A stretch of DNA of 44,227 bases from Basidiobolus meristosporus CBS 931.73 (Eukaryota > Fungi > Basidiobolomycota): NCBI GenBank assembly GCA_002104905.1, contig MCFE01000698.1, positions 1-44,227 of the forward strand, in the 5' to 3' direction. How positions within the stretch are numbered: the first letter of the stretch is position 1; every line of letters begins with the position of its first letter. Made by a program: the position numbers and the translations under genes. The notes under the pieces are model-generated. The model saw nothing but the letters and a program-made list of their open reading frames with translations, searched no databases and had not been told where the DNA came from. This document shows positions 39,110 through 44,227 of this stretch, piece after piece.

Positions 39110-39807
39110 TGTTGTATCCAAGAGAAAAGTGTAATAAAACTCTTGAATGAGTTAACTGAACCTAAGTGACAACTAAGTGCAGAATCTTAGAATTGTCAAG
39201 GGTGACAGAAATATTAGCAGCAAAGTTCTGGTCTAATATTGATTTTGTATATGGTTCAGTTGGGCTATAAAGACAACAAAGTTGGTTTGCTATACAGGCT
39301 AGGCTTGGTGCTCTTGGGAACGCTAGATATGCTAAGCTTGGGTGGAAACTAGAACAGAATTGTTGAATTCTTAATTTTGCTGAGGCACAATCTTAATTTT
39401 GTTGAGACACACACTAAACTAAGAGGTTCTGTAATCTTTATTTATATTTTTCTGATCTAGTTGAATTAGTAAGCGCCAAGAGACTGGACTAATTGAAATT
39501 TGTTGGTGTGTTGATAGGTGCATAAGGCAAATGAAAAATTGCATCATTAATCAGCTGATGTTGTGGCAACTACTAAGTGGTTGGATAGCTCTCAAATGAC
39601 TAATCCTTTGGAAAGGTTTAGCAGATCAGCTGAGGACATAATGACCATATGAAAATTGATCAGGTGTGAGAACTAAAAATAGATTCTGAGAAGTGATAAA
39701 ATAAACCATAACAGGGATTAGTTATGTTTGGGTTAGGGAAAATCAGGTAGGTACTAGATTTTCTAACAAAGTGAAATTGGATTAGTTTTAAATGTTGATG
39801 CACAACA
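39110..39807 (-). repeat. Older chromovirus 3' LTR, with ~50 bp of its own pol end and PPT at 39808-39856
   Basis: TGTTG...CAACA, same family as 39857-40553 but visibly more diverged. 39808-39856 repeats 40554-40600. Confidence 0.85.
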
Positions 39808-39856
39808 TTACTTCCTTCTGGAAGAGGAGTTTTTTAATACCTTCTGGGCTCCCCTG

Positions 39857-40553
39857 TGTTATATCCAAGAGAAAGTGTAATAAAACTCTTGAATGGTTTA
39901 ACTGAACCAAAGGGGCAATTAAGTGCAGAATCTTAGAATTGTCAGAGAGTGGCGGAAATATTAGCAGAAAGATTCTGATCTAATATTGGTCTTGGATATA
40001 GCTGGGTTGGCTATAAAGACAATGATATTTGTTTGCTAGGCAGGCTAGGCTTGGTGTTCTTTGGAGTCCTAGATATACTAGGCTTGGATAGAAACTAGAA
40101 CTGAATTGTTGGATTCTTATTTTTGCTGAGACAGAATCTTAATTTTGTTGAGACACACACTAAACCAAAAGGTTCAGTAAACTTTACTTATACTTTTCTG
40201 ATCAAGTTGAATTAGTAAGCACCAAGGGACTGGATTGATTGAAATCAATTTGGGTGTTCATAGGTGCATAAGATAAATGAAAATTACATCATCAATCAAC
40301 TGATGTCATGGCAACAGCACAGTGGTTGGATAGATCACAGATGATCAATCACCTGGGAAGGCTTGGCAGATGGGTTGATAACATAATGACTAATTGAAAA
40401 TAGATCAGGTGTGATAGCTAAAAATGGATTCTGAGGTGGGATAAAATAAACTGTAACTGGGATTTGTTATGTTTGGGTTAGGGAAAATCAGTTAGGGTAC
40501 TAGATTTTCAAATGGAGTAAAATTGGCTAAGTTTTCAATGTTGATGCACAACA
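39857..40553 (-). repeat. Younger chromovirus 3' LTR
   Basis: 697 bp, directly downstream of the PPT (GGAAGGAAGTGA); very similar to the solo LTR at 11245-11942. Confidence 0.9.
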
Positions 40554-41480
40554 TCACTTCCTTCCGGAAGAGGAGTTTTTTGATACCTTCTGGGTTCCTC
40601 TGTGGCTCCAATACTGATCAGTGATAGCAACATCATTAAAGTTGGTGTAAGGATCCCAGGTGTTGTGATTGGCATCATAGCTTTTCCACTTGACTAAATA
40701 AAGGCAATTTGGTTCTTCTCCATCATGGTCCACAATAGCTTCAACTTCATAGGATTCCAAAGTTACTGGCTCTTGAGAAATAAGTTTGAGTGAAGAAGGT
40801 GGAAAGTTTTTGGGTAGCAGTGCTCCAGTGTCATCCTGAAGTACATAAAATCCTCCAGTAGTGCATCTGACAGCCTTGAATGGTCCTTCATACTTGGGGT
40901 CAAGCTTAGATTGCCGGATTGGATCTAGTGTCATGACATATGACCCATATGGGAAGCTGCTGTTCCTGTGTCTTGAGGCGTACGTTGAAGTCATCTTTTG
41001 CTGAGAGGCCTTACTTCTGGCACTGATAGCAGGGTAGACATTGTTGGTAAGGTACTCAAGCCGGTTCTTTAGCTTATCTGTATTCAAACTTGCTAACTCT
41101 GTATTCTGGTAGTCTCCAAAGTGGTTGTATTTTCTTCCAAACATCAAGGAAAATGGTGTTGATCCATGTAGAGCGGCAATTTTGGTGTTGGTAGCATACT
41201 GTAGAGTTGGAATGTACTTGTCCCAATTCTTCTTGATACCTTTGATAGATTTCCTGATGATGTTCACTGAGGTCTGAACATGTCTTTCAGCCAGTCCATT
41301 AGTTTTGGGATGATATGGAGTGATCAGAGGGTGATCAATGGCGCTATTCTGGCAAAGGGCTTTGATCACGTGATTCACAAATTCTGTTCCATTATCTGAT
41401 TGAATGACGTTAGGGAATCCAAAAAGGCAGAAGAGCTTGAATAGTTCTTGTGCAATAGTGGCAGCATACTTGTCTGGGAT
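40554..41480 (-). mobile_element. Chromodomain-bearing Ty3/Gypsy (chromovirus) integrase C-terminal part, truncated upstream of PIPDK
   Basis: Open frame with VIQSDNGTEF, TPYHPKTNGLAER, PKYEGPF and chromodomain YEVEAIVDH..YLVKWKSY..NTWDP. The first residues in the track (MVTFLPPN) come from the adjoining SINE tail, not from Gypsy. Confidence 0.9.
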
Positions 41481-42016
41481 AGGGTTAGGGGGGAGGAAAG
41501 TCACCAAGTGGTGAAATCTTTATTTACCTATGACAAGTATCTAAAGAAGCCAAGTTAATCTGAAGTAATTCCTAGAAAGCTAGGTCTGAGAGATATCTTC
41601 CTGGTAAGCCAGGTCTGAGAGTTGAGAAGCTGAGTGGTACTATATTTCCTAGTTAGCTAGGTCTGAGAGAGGTTTCCTGGAAAGCCAGGCCTGAGAAGTG
41701 AGAATCTGAATATATCTGAGCTAAGTTATACTGGTTTGCGGTAGCTGGATTGTGGCCGGAAAGGCCAGTAGACTGGGGGAACTGAGATGAATTTCTGGGC
41801 AATCACTGGCCAAACTTACTAGGCAAATCTGGCCATTAGCATTTCAAGGATTTCAGCCAATCAGAGCCTTTACTTTGCCCGATGGTTGATCAAGCCATCT
41901 CCCAATGAGCACACATCAATTTATTAATCAAATTTTTGCTGGATCCAGGATTTGAACCCACAACCATGGGTATGGAAGGGTTAGGGATAACCACAAGGCT
42001 AAGTGTTCTTGGTTCA
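41481..42016 (-). mobile_element. Putative tRNA-derived SINE (~535 nt) with a LINE-related 3' tail ending in telomeric sequence
   Basis: 5' tRNA-like head with A and B boxes, no TTTT on the sense strand, 77-bp internal duplication, and a ~70-nt tail homologous to the LINE 3' end at 42017-42085. Confidence 0.75.
41937..42008 (-). promoter_or_regulatory. tRNA-like head / internal Pol III promoter (A box TAGCCTTGTGG 42001-41991, B box GGTTCAAATCC 41958-41948)
   Basis: 72 nt with tRNA-like box spacing. GGTTGTGGGTTCAAATCCTG equals the typical tRNA GGTCGCGGGTTCGAATCCCG after four CpG decays. Acceptor and anticodon stems do not pair. Confidence 0.75.
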
Positions 42017-44013
42017 TTAGGGTTAGGGGGGAGACAGTCACCAACAGGTGAAATCTTTATTTCAGTTGAAACAAAGAAGCCAGCGCTACTGTTGTAGCTT
42101 TGATACAAGAGTGTGTAGCTGAGGGGAATTTGTAGGTAAGTTAATAAGAAGTGATGATAGTTCTTCAGTGCTCAAGACACTGTTCAGTGGGAAGGGGGGT
42201 AGCAAGAGAGGTAAGAATGACTTGTGAACAACATTAATGAGGGGAATGTGATAAGGATTGATATTCATCATAAAGGGAGTGTGCTGCTGCAGATATTGCT
42301 GCCAAAGGTCTGTCAAGTACTTCAGGTAGGCCAGCTTGGGTTTTTCTGACTGCAGAATATAGTGAGCAAACTTCTTGACTTCAGGATCTCCAAGTATAGT
42401 TCTCCAGCAGGAGCCAGGTGTTGTGTGGTGTGTTCTCTTCCAGGCCTTAATCAGTGGGTTGTTGCAGTTGTGAAGTCTGAGGTATAATCTGGTTCTAAGG
42501 TAGAGAAGTCTGATCTTATAGGGCATAAACCCAAAAGCACCAAGAATAGCATGTCTGTAGGGGCATTCAGGCAAATGAGGCACCAAGGAGGAAATGCACC
42601 ATACTGCAAACTTGTCAAGCTTAGTGCAGTCTCTAGAAGTAAGAGAGAGAAGTGGTAAGCCAAATTCCAGGACAGGGAAGACAAACTGCTTGAGTAGAAG
42701 GAGGCAGCTGGGAGCTGAAGTTGTAGGAGGAGTAACAGCCAGTAGCTTGTGGAGTGCCTGTCTTGCCAGGACAATTCTCTTCTTCAGGTGTGCTCCAGAG
42801 TCTAGTCCAGTAGGAAGGAAAGGAAAGCCAAGATATGTAGCAGAAACCTGAGCAGGTAGAGTGGAGTTCTCCAAGTTGATGGGAGAGCCCAAAGGTACTG
42901 TCTTTGCAATGGAAAGCTGGAGATTATTCTTCTGCAGATACTGGTGGATGGTCTGGGAGTCTTGTTGCACATTGGAGGAGGATATTCTGATGTCATCAGC
43001 AAAGAGAGTAACCAGGCAGTCAGCTGAGAGTCTTGGGAAATCATTCAGGAAGATGGCAAACAGTATAGGACCAAGCACAGAGCCTTGAACCACTCCATTA
43101 GGAACTGAGAACACAGCTGATTGCTCACTTGGGTGCAGAATTCTTGCTTGTGGATCCAGAAACAGAGACCTGACAAGGAGGGTGAGAGAGGTACTGGAGA
43201 AGCATTGCAACTTGGACCAAAGCAGATTTCTGTCAACTGAATCAAAGGCCTTAGTAATATCAAACAGAACAGAGGGATACTTGCACTGGAGAGAGTGATC
43301 TTGGCTAAGTATGACTGCATATTCCAAGGAGAGGCCAGGAACAAAGCCAAACTGTGCAGGATGAAACTTGAGAGAGTCAGAGTAGAGCTCCTGAGCAAGC
43401 AGAAGCTCAAACACCTTTCTGCAGGTGGGCAGCAGAGATATTGGCCTGTAGGAGCTAGGATCCAGGTGCTTTCCTTTACCCTTGTACAGTGGCAGAACAT
43501 TTGCAAAGGACCATTCCTCAGGAGTAGAAAGCTGGGCTGAGCATTGCTGAAACAGTGGAAGCAGAAGTGCAGACATGGCCTTGGTACTAGTCTTCAGAAG
43601 CTCATAGGAGATTGTGTCCACACCTGGAGCAGTAGAGTTGGGAAGCCTCTTGAGCACATTATGGATTCTCCTTTGATCAAGTGCAAGTGGGATGGGCAGA
43701 GTCTGGAAGTCAGGATGAAAGCCAGGAGTTGAGTACTGCTTTGTAGAGAAGAAGATGTTAGCCAGCTGTTCTGTTGAAGGTAACTTCCTGGAAGAGGGCC
43801 TCATTGCCCTGTAGAGTCTTGATACTGTTCTTGTTATAGAGTTGGAAGATTGCAGAGGCAAGGAACTCATAATATGATCCCAGAGCTGAGTATGCAGAGT
43901 GTGGTGAATTGCCTTGGAGTGGTGTATTGCTGTCAGGAGGAGTTTCTCTGTTTTTGGGTTAGGGAAGCTCAGGTAGCTTTGTTGCAGGGCTGAAACAATG
44001 GATTCCCATTTTC
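42017..44013 (-). mobile_element. 5'-truncated non-LTR retrotransposon (LINE) at the chromosome terminus
   Basis: RT motifs TAPGVDTI, W..ANVLPLYKGK..DPSSYRPISLL, QFGF, FDITKAFDSV, GVVQGSVLGP.LF, LFADD, ATYLG. A 3' UTR of ~70 nt ends in CCCCCCTAACCCTAA. Confidence 0.92.
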
Positions 44014-44014
44014 T
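42086..44014 (-). CDS. LINE reverse transcriptase ORF, open for ~642 codons and running without a stop into the telomere tract
   Basis: The 594-aa track ORF extends 48 more sense codons upstream (RKWESIVSALQQSYLSFPNPKTEKLLL...WDHI) to 44014. No endonuclease, RNase H or CCHC motif is visible in the retained part. Confidence 0.85.
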   Translation of the reverse strand, partial: RKWESIVSALQQSYLSFPNPKTEKLLLTAIHHSKAIHHTLHTQLWDHIMSSLPLQSSNSITRTVSRLYRAMRPSSRKLPSTEQLANIFFSTKQYSTPGFHPDFQTLPIPLALDQRRIHNVLKRLPNSTAPGVDTISYELLKTSTKAMSALLLPLFQQCSAQLSTPEEWSFANVLPLYKGKGKHLDPSSYRPISLLPTCRKVFELLLAQELYSDSLKFHPAQFGFVPGLSLEYAVILSQDHSLQCKYPSVLFDITKAFDSVDRNLLWSKLQCFSSTSLTLLVRSLFLDPQARILHPSEQSAVFSVPNGVVQGSVLGPILFAIFLNDFPRLSADCLVTLFADDIRISSSNVQQDSQTIHQYLQKNNLQLSIAKTVPLGSPINLENSTLPAQVSATYLGFPFLPTGLDSGAHLKKRIVLARQALHKLLAVTPPTTSAPSCLLLLKQFVFPVLEFGLPLLSLTSRDCTKLDKFAVWCISSLVPHLPECPYRHAILGAFGFMPYKIRLLYLRTRLYLRLHNCNNPLIKAWKRTHHTTPGSCWRTILGDPEVKKFAHYILQSEKPKLAYLKYLTDLWQQYLQQHTPFMMNINPYHIPLINVVHKSFLPLLLPPFPLNSVLSTEELSSLLINLPTNSPQLHTLVSKLQQ

Positions 44015-44227
44015 TAGGGTTAGGGTTAGGGTTAGGGTTAGGGTTAGGTTAGGGTTAGGGTTAGGGTTAGGGTTAGGGTTAGGGTTAGGGTTAGGGTTAG
44101 GGTTAGGGTTAGGGTTAGGTTAGGGTTAGGGTTAGGGTTAGGGTTAGGGTTAGGTTAGGGTTAGGGTTAGGTTAGGGTTAGGGTTAGGGTTAGGGTTAGG
44201 GTTAGGGTTAGGGTTAGGGTTAGGGTT
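44014..44227 (+). repeat. Telomere, (TTAGGG)n, ~36 units, G-rich strand pointing to the window end
   Basis: 214-bp tract running to the last base; four 5-nt TTAGG variants. Confidence 0.97.

Noticed and set aside
40554-41507. MVTFLPPN as a genuine start of a 317-aa gene
   Set aside because: Those codons come from the SINE tail fused in frame to a truncated integrase.
41937-42008. Functional tRNA gene
   Set aside because: The A and B boxes are present, but the acceptor, D and anticodon stems do not pair and a telomeric 10-mer replaces part of the structure. It is better explained as a SINE head.
42086-44014. Penelope-like (Athena/Coprina) or telomerase RT
   Set aside because: The motifs (YRPISLL, QFGF, GVVQGSVLGP, FADD) are typical of non-LTR LINE RTs. 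I found no hammerhead core (CTGATGA...GAAA) in the non-coding parts.
44044-44171. TTAGG variant repeats as evidence of a second telomere motif
   Set aside because: Four single-G losses in homopolymer runs are what long-read error or ordinary telomerase slippage would produce; this cannot be judged without reads.

Overview
This is the right-hand end of a fungal chromosome. Short GT-AG introns, conserved fungal housekeeping genes and a terminal (TTAGGG)n tract support this; an early-diverging fungus is my inference and is unverified. The window has three zones. (1) 1-16250 is a CpG-depleted nest of decayed transposons: a Gypsy element with an extra 3' ORF, a full-length Copia with TSD, a CACTA-type transposase carrying a foldback MITE and a solo LTR, and a second Copia. 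(2) 17200-35650 is a gene island: GID4, an alpha-arrestin, an HP1/Swi6-like gene, VMA6, ZW10, SRP68, a 20-aa-repeat polyampholyte protein and a TDT/SLAC1 transporter. (3) 37400-44227 is a subtelomere of TE debris ending in a layered structure: a chromovirus cut in mid-integrase, then a ~535-nt tRNA-derived SINE-like element, then a non-LTR RT (LINE) with an intact frame free of CpG by eye, then the telomere. SINE and LINE share a 3' tail (AATAAA, TCACC/GGTGA stem-loop, C6-TAACCCT). Both are joined through TTAGGG-type sequence with their 5' ends pointing to the telomere. The best candidate for an undescribed system is therefore a telomere-targeting LINE/SINE partnership. All coordinates were read by eye and may be off by a few bases.
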